Shown here piece by piece: positions 23,346 through 35,042 of a stretch of 48,181 nt of DNA. Source of the DNA: Octopus bimaculoides (Eukaryota). The stretch covers positions 28,296,498 to 28,344,678 of the forward strand of contig NC_068994.1 of the NCBI RefSeq assembly GCF_001194135.2, read 5' to 3'. The position numbers were made by a program, and so were the translations under genes. The notes beneath the pieces were generated by a model. It was not told where the DNA came from. It saw nothing but the letters and a program-made list of their open reading frames with translations, and ran no database searches. The first letter of the stretch is position 1; every line of letters begins with the position of its first letter.

Positions 23346-26300
23346 TTACTGCTAGTTAATTTATTGCATATGAAATCCTCAGTCAGCCTGACAGAGATCC
23401 CACTGCACCTTTCCTTCTACCTGTTGTTTACCTTAGATATACAGAGTTCCTACCAATTCCTTTTTTAGAATTGATCTTAACTACAAGTTTGAGATTTAAG
23501 CCTCTCAATTCTAGGACCTACTTCAGTGTTTGGAACTTGCATGTTTAATTCTGTGATTCATTTGACTGTGAGAACTAAGTCATTAACATACAAGAATTTC
23601 CATAGTCAGCTGCTCTTGAATTCCTGTTATGACCTGGAGAACTATATAAGGGCTGACAACTGAGCCCTGATGAATACCTACTTATATGCCACTTTGTTGG
23701 CACACCTTTGTACATAGCTTTCACTATTTTCACAATTCATTCATCTTCAGTTTTATTAGTGACTACCAAACTATGAAGTATAGTATTCTGGAAAGAAACT
23801 TTAGCATCATCACCTAGCACCCATTTTATATCTTTCTACCTTGTAGCAATCAAACCAATAGCTTGTCCCCCTTTTGGAACAACGCCTCTTTTTCTTCATA
23901 TATTCTTTTCATTCAACAACGATTTATATCAATTTCATACCTCTTTCTTCTCAGAATTGGTAAAGACAAGTACCAGTATCATATCTTATGCACTTCTTCC
24001 TAGTAACATTCAGTTAACGCAGGCATATAAGTTTAGCTTCTTTCCTTGCCAGATGTACCTACCTTCCAGCTACCTCACATCATTCCTTGCTCTACCCCAC
24101 CTTTCCTTCATTCCTTCTTGACTTGTCTCTTTGGCTTTATATCTTGCCTAGTTGTTCTGTCACAGTTCTCTATCTCTTCCTTTGTTATAGATATCCCCTA
24201 ATGCATGAAAGTTCATTTGGTAAAGAGATCTTTTAGCTTTTATACCTTCCTTCTACATATTGTCTTCTGTCTCTGAGTTTGTCTGCTTCTTATCCTGAGG
24301 TCCTGATTGCTAGTCAATATGAGTGGTATGCTTTTTCATCAGGATGGGGAGGGTACTTGGTATTTATAATCTCAGCTGTCTCTCTTCTTGGAAATGAAAT
24401 CTAACTGGCTTGTGTTCACCTGAGTGGTAGGTGATTATCTAATTGCTTGGTTGGTTTCTGAACATTTTTTTTCCTTCTTATAGTTAATGTATTGGTGCAG
24501 AGTTAAAATTGTAGTAAACTTAGTCTGCAACATAGCTTCTATTTTCAACGAAAAAAAAATTGTCATAAGTCTTTAATGGCATAAAGGAAAACATGAAATT
24601 CTCCATTTGCTTAGATTTTTTTTTTATCCCCAACTCTCTCTTCATCGTGGTGTAAGAAATTATTGTTTTTGTAATGAAAGAGCATGGTCTAGTGGTTAGG
24701 GTGGTTGACTTATGCTCATAAAGCTTTCAGTGTATTCTTGGACCAGGTGGGTTGTTATGTCCTTGAGCAAGGTACTTCATTTTATGTTGCTCCAGTCTAC
24801 TCTGCTGAAATGAGTATCAGCTCAGTGTTGGAGCAGCTCTCTCTTCCTCTAGCTGTCCCATCCTTGACGTTTGTTCAAGTCAAGGGTGGAAGCACTGAAA
24901 GAACATCTATGTTTCCTTGCAACTACATAGGCACCTAAAACAATTAGCAGAAGTATGGTACATGCAAATAATGGCTATAGTGATAGGGGTTGTAATAGAG
25001 ATGGCATGTAGGAGTGTGAGATGGGATACTTTACAGTATCTGATTTTTGCATCTTGTTTCAAATTACAAGTTCCAGATAGGTTAATTTTGCCAATCATCC
25101 TTCCAACTGCAATAAAGAAGCATTAATAAACTAGTGATTAAGTTCACTGACACAAGCCCTTCATTTTAGAAGAATAAGTAGGGGAATTACTTTTAACTCG
25201 TGAAAGTGGTGGTAGATGTGTGCAGCAAATGCAACTACACTGATTTAAACTTGTACATTGAGGTTGTTCATGTACAGAAACTAAGTTAACTGGATTGTTA
25301 GAATTATTAGGGCTTTGGATTTGTGTATTTGTTCTAGCACCAGCATCATTTTTCACCTGTTTTCCATACTAGTATGAAGTGGGTGAGTTGATATAGTCTG
25401 ACTCAGTTCTCATTTAGAATTATTGCCTTCTTAATTAGGTTGGAGGACCATATCTTGCTTGTATGAAATGTTATCTTTCAGATGGTTTCTATTATTGAAT
25501 ACCTTAAAGTATACCATTTGCACTAGATAGTGTCTTGTTGCCAGCAAGTAAAGAATCCTCTCTATCTGTTCAGTGCTCTCTCTATTTATTCAAGGCAAAT
25601 GACCAAGTGGATAAGTACATGAGTAAAGAGAGAGAACTAGGGTTTGAAGGTGACAGAAGAAAAAGAATGTGATGGAGGGACTGATTGATAGGGGCAATAA
25701 AGTGATCAAGGTGGGTAAAATAGAAGCAGGGACAGGTAGCATGAAGGATGTGATGAGGAGGAAGGGTAATGAATGATGGTTAGCAATAAATAAGAATGTA
25801 GAAAGAATTGAATATGACTACATCTAATGGCATGGTAGGAGAGAGTAGTGATGGTAGTAGGGATCGAATATGGGCACATCCAGTGTCATCATTTATTACA
25901 AAAATAATCAAGGAGATAAAAGGTAGCAACCAATCAAGACTTAAAAACATTAGAAAGAGACCTGAATGCAGATAAACACCCCAACTTCCATTTTGCCAAG
26001 TTTATATGGCTGATCACAGAACAACTGATTTCTGTTATATCCAGATTTTCACTCACAACATTTGTATTTTATTCATTAAGTGCAATAGTTTACCAATGTT
26101 TACTCACTTCATTTCTTTGTAGCCATCACAGCTGCTCCACATTCACTACCATACAACATTATGCTTCATATACAAGCATCATATAATCTGCTCTCCACTT
26201 GAAGAGAAAAACTCCTGAAGTAATAGCTTTCTCAATTTTTTTCCACTCTGTTCTTTCTTTGGTTACTCTGCTTTTGCAGCACCCATTTCCCTCTGCTAAT

Positions 26301-27242
26301 TTGATAACTTAGGTGACATGACATATCAACTACTTCTAGAGAGCCTTCCAAGTCATTGAAAGTATCTAAATTTGTATTCATACTGTTGGTGCGCTTGTGC
26401 ATTTTTCATATATGAATTCTACCTCTTTGTCAGCTTTCTTATGATTCTACTACACTTCTTGTGAGACACTGGATACATTGAATGGAATTTCTACCTACTC
26501 TTTTTCTATATATTGAACATGGCCATTTTCTGATGGCAATAGGATCCTACTTTCTTTCCTATTTACTAAAACTTATGTATTTGATAAGGTTTTGCTTTCG
26601 TGTCTGAAGTTTCTTCTGTAATTTACAGATTTAGCTTGTAGCTAAATGAGGTCATAGGCATACAGGAGTTCTCAACTTGCAACCAGTCTTAAATTCTTCC
26701 ATGATGACCAAAAGGATTATAATAAACAGGAAGAAGCTGAGAATTGAATCATAATAGACCTTTCCTGCTTGTTAAATGTGTTGCTGTACTTACTGCTAAC
26801 TCTCACCTTTGTTGACTACACCTCTCTAGACGGCTTGCCCAGAATTCACAAGCTATTCATCTACCCTTAGTTTCCTTAGACTACCAGATTACAGAGCATG
26901 ATGCTCTATCAAAGGCCTTCCCCAGATCAGCAATGGTATGTAGAATGGTTTATTCACAGATGGGTATTTCTGTTGTCTCACTAGAAAGATGACATCTATA
27001 GTGAAGTTTCAAGTTAGAATTTCTTTACATTTTAGACTTTTGTCAGAGAGAGAAAAAGTTTTGTCCTTCACCTATCAAAGGGTACAAATATATTTTCTCT
27101 CTCTAACAAAAGATTTGGTCTCAAATGACAGAAAAATCTCCCATAAAAAAAATACATTCTGGTGTATATTTTAGGGGTTTTCATATAGACTGTTGTATAA
27201 ATCATGTGAATAGTGCTAGTTATCTTTTTTTTTTTTTTTCTT

Positions 27243-27520
27243 TTTACTTGTTTCAGTCATTAGATTGCAGCCATGCTGGGGCACCACCTTGAAGAACTTA
27301 TTAGTTGAATGAAACAACCCCAGTACTTATTTCTTTGATAAGGGTGGTACTTATTCTGTCAGTNNNNNNNNNNNNNNNNNNNNNNNNNNNNNNNNNNNNN
27401 NNNNNNNNNNNNNNNNNNNNNNNNNNNNNNNNNNNNNNNNNNNNNTCTTTTGCCGAACCAACACCAGTTGTCAAGCAGTACTGGGGGGCAAACACAAAGA
27501 GACACACACACACATACACG

Positions 27521-27557
<37 letters not shown>

Positions 27558-27722
27558 GACAGGTTTCTTTCAGTTTCCATCAACCAAATCCACACACACG
27601 GTATTGGTCAGCCCAAGGCTGTAGTAGAAGACACTTACTCAAGGTGCCACACAGTAGAACTAAACCCGGAACCATGTGGTTGGGAAGCAAGCTTCTTACC
27701 ACACAGCCATGCCTGCATCTAT
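27243..27722 (-). mobile_element. Near full-length tRNA-SINE with internal (TA)n, spanning an N gap
   Basis: Head at ~27720 (GCAGGCATGGCTGTGTGGTAAGAAGC on -), tail at ~27250; ends ~150 nt upstream of the ELOC acceptor. Confidence 0.75.
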
Positions 27723-27882
27723 TGGGTAATTTTATTTCATTAATCTTGGTGTCACCAGGTATTCCCTCCACTAGTTTATTAATTGAACTGATCTGATTAC
27801 TACAAGTAACGTTGTTGGTTTTATCTGTCACTTTTGAGATAATTCTAAAATCCTGTCAATTTCTTTTAATTACCAGGCTTGA

Positions 27883-28104
<222 letters not shown>

Positions 28105-29896
28105 TGATTTGGGAAGGTGCACTGCCCCCAGAGTAACTGAGATGAATTATTCCTGGGGTTAGTATTTATTTTGAATAATTGTTGCAGATTAATGTGGTGG
28201 AGAAGAAATGCTGTTCTGAAAAAGACAGGTTGGGTAATACTGAATCTGATGTGGCAGATAATATTGATGTGTGGAGTTAAAGAGATGAGTTAACCAAATA
28301 GTTGTAAATATAAAAAAGCCTTCAAAAATTAAGATAAACTGGGACTGTTGCAAGTAAAGAAACAGGGAGAGCACAACTTTTCTGTGAAGCACTGATTTTA
28401 CATTTGGTTTTCATGCTGACATGGATCCAAGTCAGTTGTTGCTCAATTATTGCACTCTTTTGTGGGCATGTTCCATTTTTGCATGGTTTCAATGACTGAG
28501 TTCTTTTGCATCCACTACAGAGTGCACTAGGAGCATTTTATCATGGCACCAGCACTAGTGAAGTTGCAAGACCAAAAATTCCTCTCTACACTGTCTCTAT
28601 TCTTTTAAGGTAAATGTAATAAGGGTAAACTATGATAGGGATGAGAAGGTGTTAAGATAGGGAGTCACTAATAGCTACATGTTGGTAATAGAAAAATAGC
28701 ATATGCGCACCCTGATGAAATAGCAGTGATGGTAAAAGAGAGAGAATGATAGAAGATTATGGTGGGTGAGGGTTAGTAAGATGGGTAGGAGTAGAATTGT
28801 AGTAGAGTGGAGTGGTAGTAAGGGTACTGAATCAAGTGATATACTTTATCACACAGGTATTGTAATGGGAGGGCAGTGAGGCTGGAGGTATTGGATGTGG
28901 ACAGATATCCTTCAGTACCCAAATAGCAAGACATAGTTAATGTTGAGATACTACATCAATGAAAATTTCACAATTCATCACTTTCTCAGCTCTTTTCAAT
29001 ATTGTAGTGTAACACTGCACTCCACTTTTTGTAAAAGTATTGTTGAACAGTCTTCCTCTTTTCTTTATATTCTTTGACCAACCATTTGTATTAGACCCTT
29101 ACTAGTTATTTATGACTACTCAAATAACCTTCATTTAAAATGAAAGGATCTCTAAAATTCTTTAAAATGTCACACTACAGAATCATCTAGTGATGGTGCC
29201 AAATAAGAAGTGCCCAGTACACTCTGTAAAGTGGTTGATGTTAGGAAGGGCATCCAGCCCTAGAAACCAAGCCAAAACAGACTATGAAACCTGGTGCTGC
29301 CCTTGCTCTTGGCAGTTCCTGTCATGCTGTCCAACCCATGCCAACATGGAAAACAGATGTTAAATATTGATGATGAGGATAATGATGACTTTGCAAGGGT
29401 ACACCATCACTTCCATCTTTATCTTCTTCCCAGCTACTCCCACCCACCCTTATACAATGTAGGATGGCCATGTATTTCCTCTATATAGTAAGAGACCGGT
29501 GCCCATCCTTTTTATCATACTTCAGCCTCTCAAACTTGATATAAAGCCAGCTCCCTTCTCAAATACTCCTTCCACTTAGTTGGACTGCCTTGCAAGTTAC
29601 TTGGTAACTTCAGTAGTGCTGGTGACAGAAAAAAAAATACCCAGTAGTCACTGTAAAGTGCTTGGTGTTAGAAGGCCATCTAGTCATAGAAACCATGCCA
29701 AAGCTGAAACTGAAGCTCAGTGTAACCCTGCAGCCTGTTGAATCCTGTCCAACAACCCAACCCATGCCAGCATGGAAAATAGACGTTAAATGATGTTTGT
29801 GGTGTTGATAATGGTACAACCTTGTATATTTATAGAGAAGGTATTCTCTGCATTATTTACATTTGATGGATATTTGTCCTCGTCTTGTTTGTTGTT

Positions 29897-29934
29897 GACA
29901 CGTTTCAGCTGATATACCCTCCAGCCTTCATCAG
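29897..29934 (-). ncRNA. Hammerhead-like catalytic core in the pseudo-LTR (stem I not identified)
   Basis: CUGAUGA-A-GGCUG-GAGGGUAUAU-CAGCU-GAAA-CGUGU-C. Confidence 0.45.
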
Positions 29935-30723
29935 GTGTCTTGGGGAGGGTGGCTTTCAAACCTGGGTTCTCATTCCTAAGATATTTTCGTTGTCGTTCAG
30001 GTCACTGCCTGGAATCAAACTTGGAAACTTGGAGTTTGTAGCCTGCGCTCTTAACCACTACACCATATGTCCATGAGCAATTTATGGAGTGAATTTCAGG
30101 GCTTATAAATCTAATATTTTCCTATCCTTCCTTAATACCGGTTCCCATATGCTGTTCATATCTGCACTTGGTCTGCTTAGGAGGTTGTGTCCTAGCATAT
30201 GTGCTGCTTCTTTTAGTTTTCGTATTTTCCTGTGGTGTTCTATGTCTATTATTTTAACTTCATCCCACAGGGGGAGGTGGTCTCCATTTTTCCATACATT
30301 ATCAGCTATACCTGATTTATCAATATCTCCCATGTCACAGCTTTACGATGTTCCTCTACCCTTATTTTGAGGAGGTAGCATGTTTCGCCTTTGTGTAACC
30401 TACCACAGCTGCATGGGATGGAGTACGCACAGTTTTTGGTCATATTCTCTTCTAGTGGTGGTTTTACCTGAAGGAGATATTTGCAAAGTGTTGTATTACT
30501 CTTGAATACTGTCCTGATGTCATATGGGCCACATGTCTTTTGTATCTTTTTGGAGAGGCCTTTCACATAGACAGACTGTAGACAGTCTATTGGTTTCATC
30601 CTCTCTTTTCTTCATAATTGGAGTAGATAGTATGTTTTTGGGGTAGTTGTTGCTTAATAGATTAAGGAAGGATAGGAAAATATTAGATTTATAAGCCCTA
30701 AAATGCATTCCATAATTGCCCAC

Positions 30724-30794
30724 GGGCATATGGCATAGTGGTTAAGAGCACGGGCTACTAACCCCAAGATTCCAAGTTTGATTCCAGGCAGTGA

Positions 30795-30796
<2 letters not shown>
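30724..30796 (+). ncRNA. Degenerate tRNA-like Pol III module inside the pseudo-LTR (second copy at ~30000-30072, -)
   Basis: A-box-like TGGCATAGTGG 30731-30741, B-box-like GTTTGATTCC 30776-30785, GGG-CTACTAA-CCC anticodon-like arm; acceptor and T stems pair imperfectly, so not a functional tRNA. Confidence 0.55.
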
Positions 30797-30829
<33 letters not shown>

Positions 30830-31059
30830 TTGAAAAATACCTTAGGAATGAGAACCCAGGTTCAAAATTTCCCCCAAGACACCTAATGAAGGCTGGAGGG
30901 TATATCAGCCGAAACGTGTTAACAACAAACAAAATGAGGACAAATATCCATCAAATGTAAATAATGTACATAATTCCTCATCTCTTAAATATAGAAGGGT
31001 ATTCTCTCTGCTTTCCTGCTACACCACTAACTTGAGAACTTGACATCATAAACCTTGGA

Positions 31060-32000
31060 TGTATCTGGTATATATGACAACACTAGTCATTATTGTCTCT
31101 TATCACTATCTGAGTCCTGACATTCTAAGATTTACTACACCATTTCATCCTCAAGTCATCAGTCATCATCTCTTCTGTATACATCCAATTAATCATTCTA
31201 ACTTCATCTTTCTCTCAGTATTTTTGATCACTGCTCGTGTCTCATTAACATGCAGGTGTCTCCTCGCATGTTTCACAGTGGAAGAAAGCCTTTGTTTCCA
31301 ATAGAGGCAACTACTCCTTAAGCTTTTCCTCCCTCTTCAATGAAAGTTATAATTGATATCTAACAAGGCATATGAAGAGTCTGACTTTTTTTCCTATGCT
31401 TTTATCGTCACTAGAAAAACAAATATCACTAATAAATAATGATTTGGGAATTGTTCCATCATAATTCTTTTTACATCCATTTGTTCATGTTGGTCTGGAT
31501 TGGTCAGGTCTGCTCCATCACAGCTTTCCTCTACTTGTTGTCCTTTGTCATTATCACCTTCATTCTCTCATCTAGGTCATCCCATAGGACACCCCACCTT
31601 CATTCTCACTTACCACATTTTCCTCTTGTACAAACTCACTTGAATTGCTTTATTTTCCTTCACCCACCTTTCATCCTTCATGCAAAACACATCTGTACCA
31701 GCCAGCAGCAGTTTTCTCACTTAGAGATTAGAGATGATTTTTTAATACCTGTTTTCTCTCTCAGCTCTGTTGTCTTCCATTGTTCATGCTCACTGACATA
31801 ACTTAGTGAAGAATGCAATGCACACCTCATGTCTTTCCAAACTTCACATGTCTGCCACACTCAATATCCTTGGGTTATTACCTTCAATTTTGAAAAATTC
31901 TTACACAAGTGTTAATATGATCGGTCCTTCACAAGAGAAACTCTTTGTGACCAACAGATGTAATAGTTGTTTACTGCCCCTTTTTTTTTTTTTTACACAC
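31060..32000 (-). mobile_element. Degraded LINE ORF2 (endonuclease/linker region)
   Basis: Long pyrimidine-rich + strand with faint APE-like segments on -; no intact ORF. Confidence 0.4.
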
Positions 32001-32126
32001 TCTCCTGAATTGTTTAGGGTGGATTTTGTAGCAGGATATTCTTCCTAGTGGTCCAGAAGGTATTACTAGGGTTATTGTTTAGCTCTACATCATCCTTAAT
32101 TGAGCAGATCTACCTATCATATATAC

Positions 32127-32848
32127 ATATTATTATAAAGTCTGGTAATTAATCATATATTAATGAATATTGATTAATTATCAGGAGGCCAGCACATCTA
32201 AAGAATCAAAGAGATTCAGAAATAATATCTGCAATCTCAGGGGATTAAGGTACATTTAAAAAAAATAACGTTGACCACTAACGTGGACAATTAATGTGCT
32301 AGAAATAGATCACATCTTGTGTCTATTAAGACCTAAATTTTTCTCAACATGAAATATAGCAGCATACCGAAACGTGAGCGGGCAAGACATTTAAAATCAC
32401 CTAAAAAAGCATTCTTAAACAGGTACCGGTTTCGGATTTAACAATTCTTACCGATTGTCCATTCCTCTTCAGCCTGATTTGTAATGTAACCGNNNNNNNN
32501 NNNNNNNNNNNAATCATCAGAATCGTATACAGAGTTGCCCACCGCCATGGGTGCGCGTGCATATGGTTCTGCTAATTACAGCTTAATGGTAAAATTCAAA
32601 AGTCTTCGTTTTGGCTCGCTAATTCCAGGAATATATCTGCAGAAAATATTTACTGCGTCGTATATATTCAGTATGAGGTAATGGGTAAAATATTATTATA
32701 AAGTCTGGTAATTAATCATATATTAATTAATATCGATTAATTATCAGGAGGCCAGCACATCTAAAGAATCAAAGAGATTCAGAAATAGTATCTGCAATCT
32801 CAGGGGATTAAGGTACATTTTTAAAAAATAACGTTGACCACTAACGTG
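32127..32848 (-). mobile_element. Candidate retrozyme / non-autonomous Penelope-type element, partial tandem repeat
   Basis: 159-bp direct repeats 32127-32285 and 32690-32848 (5 mismatches by my count); no ORF of 60 aa or more in the track; contains a hammerhead; interrupts an RTE LINE. Confidence 0.75.
32420..32476 (-). ncRNA. Minimal type I hammerhead ribozyme
   Basis: - strand CAGG-CUGAAGA-GGA.AUG.GACAAU.CGGUAAGA.AUUGUU.AAA.UCC-GAA-ACCGGU-A-CCUG: intact core, stem I CAGG/CCUG, bulged stem II, palindromic stem III ACCGGU, GUA cleavage triplet. Confidence 0.85.
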
Positions 32849-34339
32849 TAGTTTGGTCATCCTCTTGCATGCTTCAATGATTTCATATGAGCACACCATC
32901 CATCATGGTACCCCATGCATGTTCTTAATTCATCAACATTTGCCATTCCACTGTCCTGGAGCAAGTTATTCACATAGGTTAGATATTTTCTTCCTTCAAC
33001 TGACTGCCATAAGATCAGTTGACACACAGGTCCTTCTGGGTGCCTGACTCAATGACCAGCAATTATCATTCTTCTCTGCTGAATCTTCTCAGTCAGTTTG
33101 AGTAGACCTTGACAAAGTTCCTTACTGGTTAAATGAGCTCTCCATGTAACGTTCAGAGCCATTCTTAACATTCTTGTGTAGCAGCCATTTATTTGTTTTA
33201 TAAGCTTTTTGGTGAGGGGTCCAAGTTTCAGCATCACATAATAAAATTGACTCTACCATAGAGACAAACAACCTAATTTTCAATTTACATGCCATCTAAG
33301 AACTCTAGATTTTATGCAGTTTGTGAAACGCACTCCAAACAAGTGCCTTCCATACACCAAAGTACTTGAAGTTAGTAACTTCCTTAAGTTCTTTTCCTTT
33401 TCTTGCAAAGAAGTGATTTGGTTGCTCAGGATTGTGAATACATGTTTGGTATTATGTTATCTGAGTTTCAGTACAGGCTAACCTTTGCAGCTTCAAATTC
33501 TAGTCTATTGAGCACTTCCTGTGCCCAATGTATCTCTTCAAAGATAAGAGCAATATCATCTGCAAGGTCTAGGTCTGTAAGTATTTTTGGTGTAACTCCT
33601 CTACTTCTCCATCTTTCCAATTTAAACCCCAGTTCATTCTCTTTCCTTCTAAGCTCTTGTGCATTACATAGAACTATAGAAGTATTGCATTATCTTCAAT
33701 AGTAGCCAAACTCATCAACAAAATGGTCCTTAACAGACTACAGCCAAGTATTGATAAACATCTACAAAAAAATCAGAATGGATTCCAACCTGGTAGATCC
33801 ACAGCAATGCACATTCTGACTCTGAGGTTAATTGAAGAGGTCAAAGTAATACTAGCAAAACCGTTGAGTTCCAGAAGGCTTTTGATTCCATCCACAGATG
33901 TTCAAAGTCCTGAAAGCGTATCGTATACCTTCAAATCCAAATCTTCTATAGCAAAGGTTTACAAAGACACAAAAGCAAGAATTATAATGTGTGTGTGTGT
34001 GTGTATGTGCATGTGTAGATACATATCATCATTTAACATCTGTTTTCCATGCTGACATGGGCTGATCAGTTTGGCTGGAGCTGGACAGCCAGAGAATTGC
34101 ACCAGGCTCTAATTGTCTGTTTTGGCATGGTTTTTACAGTTGTACAGTTGGATGCCCTTCCTAATGCCAACCACTTTACAGTGTGTGCTGGGAGCTTTTA
34201 CATGGCACCAGGACTGGCAAGACAGAGACCTTGGTTGGGAGAGGGAGTGGGAGCATGGCTGTAAAGGATATATGTATGGATGCCTGGGATTTTACTTAGC
34301 TTGGTATATCTTCTCAAGTACAGCAAATCGCCACATCTC

Positions 34340-34960
34340 CCAGTCCCCTGTCATCTCCTCAGTGAGGCCCAACATCTAAAAATCCTTTCTCACCACTTCA
34401 TCCGACATCTTCCTAGATCTACCCCTTCTACAAGTTCCCTCCACTTCAAGTGATCAGCACTTCTTTATGCAGCTGTCCTTATCCACATGCATCATGACAA
34501 AAACAACGCAGTCTTCTCTCTCACACACAACATCGGACGCCTCTTATACCCAGTTTTTCTCTTAAATCATTTACACTCTATTCTACATGCTCGTTGACAT
34601 TACCCATCCAGCAGGGCACACTGACTTCATTTCTTTCAAGCCTTTGCATGTCCTCTGTAGTCATAGCCCATGTTTTGTATGTGTGTGCATGCATGCACGT
34701 GTAGATATATATATACATACACAGGCATCGTACAATCTGCTTTAACTCTGAGGGAGTGGCCCTTTGTTACAAAGGTAGTGGCTCTCTGAACTTTGCCTTG
34801 CCCATTCTTACTCTTACAACTATGCTTTCGGAACTTCCTCCTCCACTGCTAACTTGGTCACCTCGGTAATGGAAGCTCTCTATTACTTCTAAGGATCCCC
34901 TCAATGAGGCTTCAAAGTCAGGAGTTTGGAATAGTTATTCCTTCCTCAAAGACATTAGCA
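34340..34960 (-). mobile_element. RTE LINE 3' fragment
   Basis: Homologous to 36040-36640 and 45120-45620. Confidence 0.6.
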
Positions 34961-35042
34961 AAGTTTAGCCATTCCAACTGGGATTGCGGTTATTTTCTTT
35001 AATTAGAATTGAGCATCCAAATTTTTATTGCAGCTTTATCTT

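Larger units (their letters stand above)
29851..30995 (-). mobile_element. 5'-truncated Penelope-like element: GIY-YIG endonuclease remnant between inverted pseudo-LTRs
   Basis: - strand LLSNNYPK...VKGLSKKIQK...KNCAYSIPCSCGRLHKGETCYLLKIRVEEHRK...KSGIADNVWKNGDH.P.WDEVKIID; inverted repeats 29851-30136 vs 30661-30966. Confidence 0.9.
32040..33986 (-). mobile_element. RTE-clade LINE with an inverted 5' segment, split by the retrozyme candidate
   Basis: - strand 33680-32849: ENELGFKLERWRSRGVTPKILTDLDLADDIALIF...GCYTRMLRMALNVTW...RRMIIAGH; + strand 33672-33986: NYRSIALSSIVAKLINKMVLNRLQP...NQNGFQPGRST...YKDTKARII; a ..YVDLL.DD-like continuation appears below 32126. Confidence 0.8.

Noticed and set aside
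30724-30796. Possible tRNA gene
   Set aside because: Acceptor and T stems are broken and it is embedded in a duplicated pLTR; kept only as a tRNA-like module.
31140-31170. Other CTGANGA hits (about 8162+, 20381+, 23745-, 31160-, 42715-)
   Set aside because: None has a pairable stem II followed by GAAA and a UH/stem I arrangement.
32350-32385. + strand CCGAAACGTG as a possible opposite-polarity hammerhead
   Set aside because: No CUGANGA upstream (only CATGAAAT) and no UH triplet or stem I in register.
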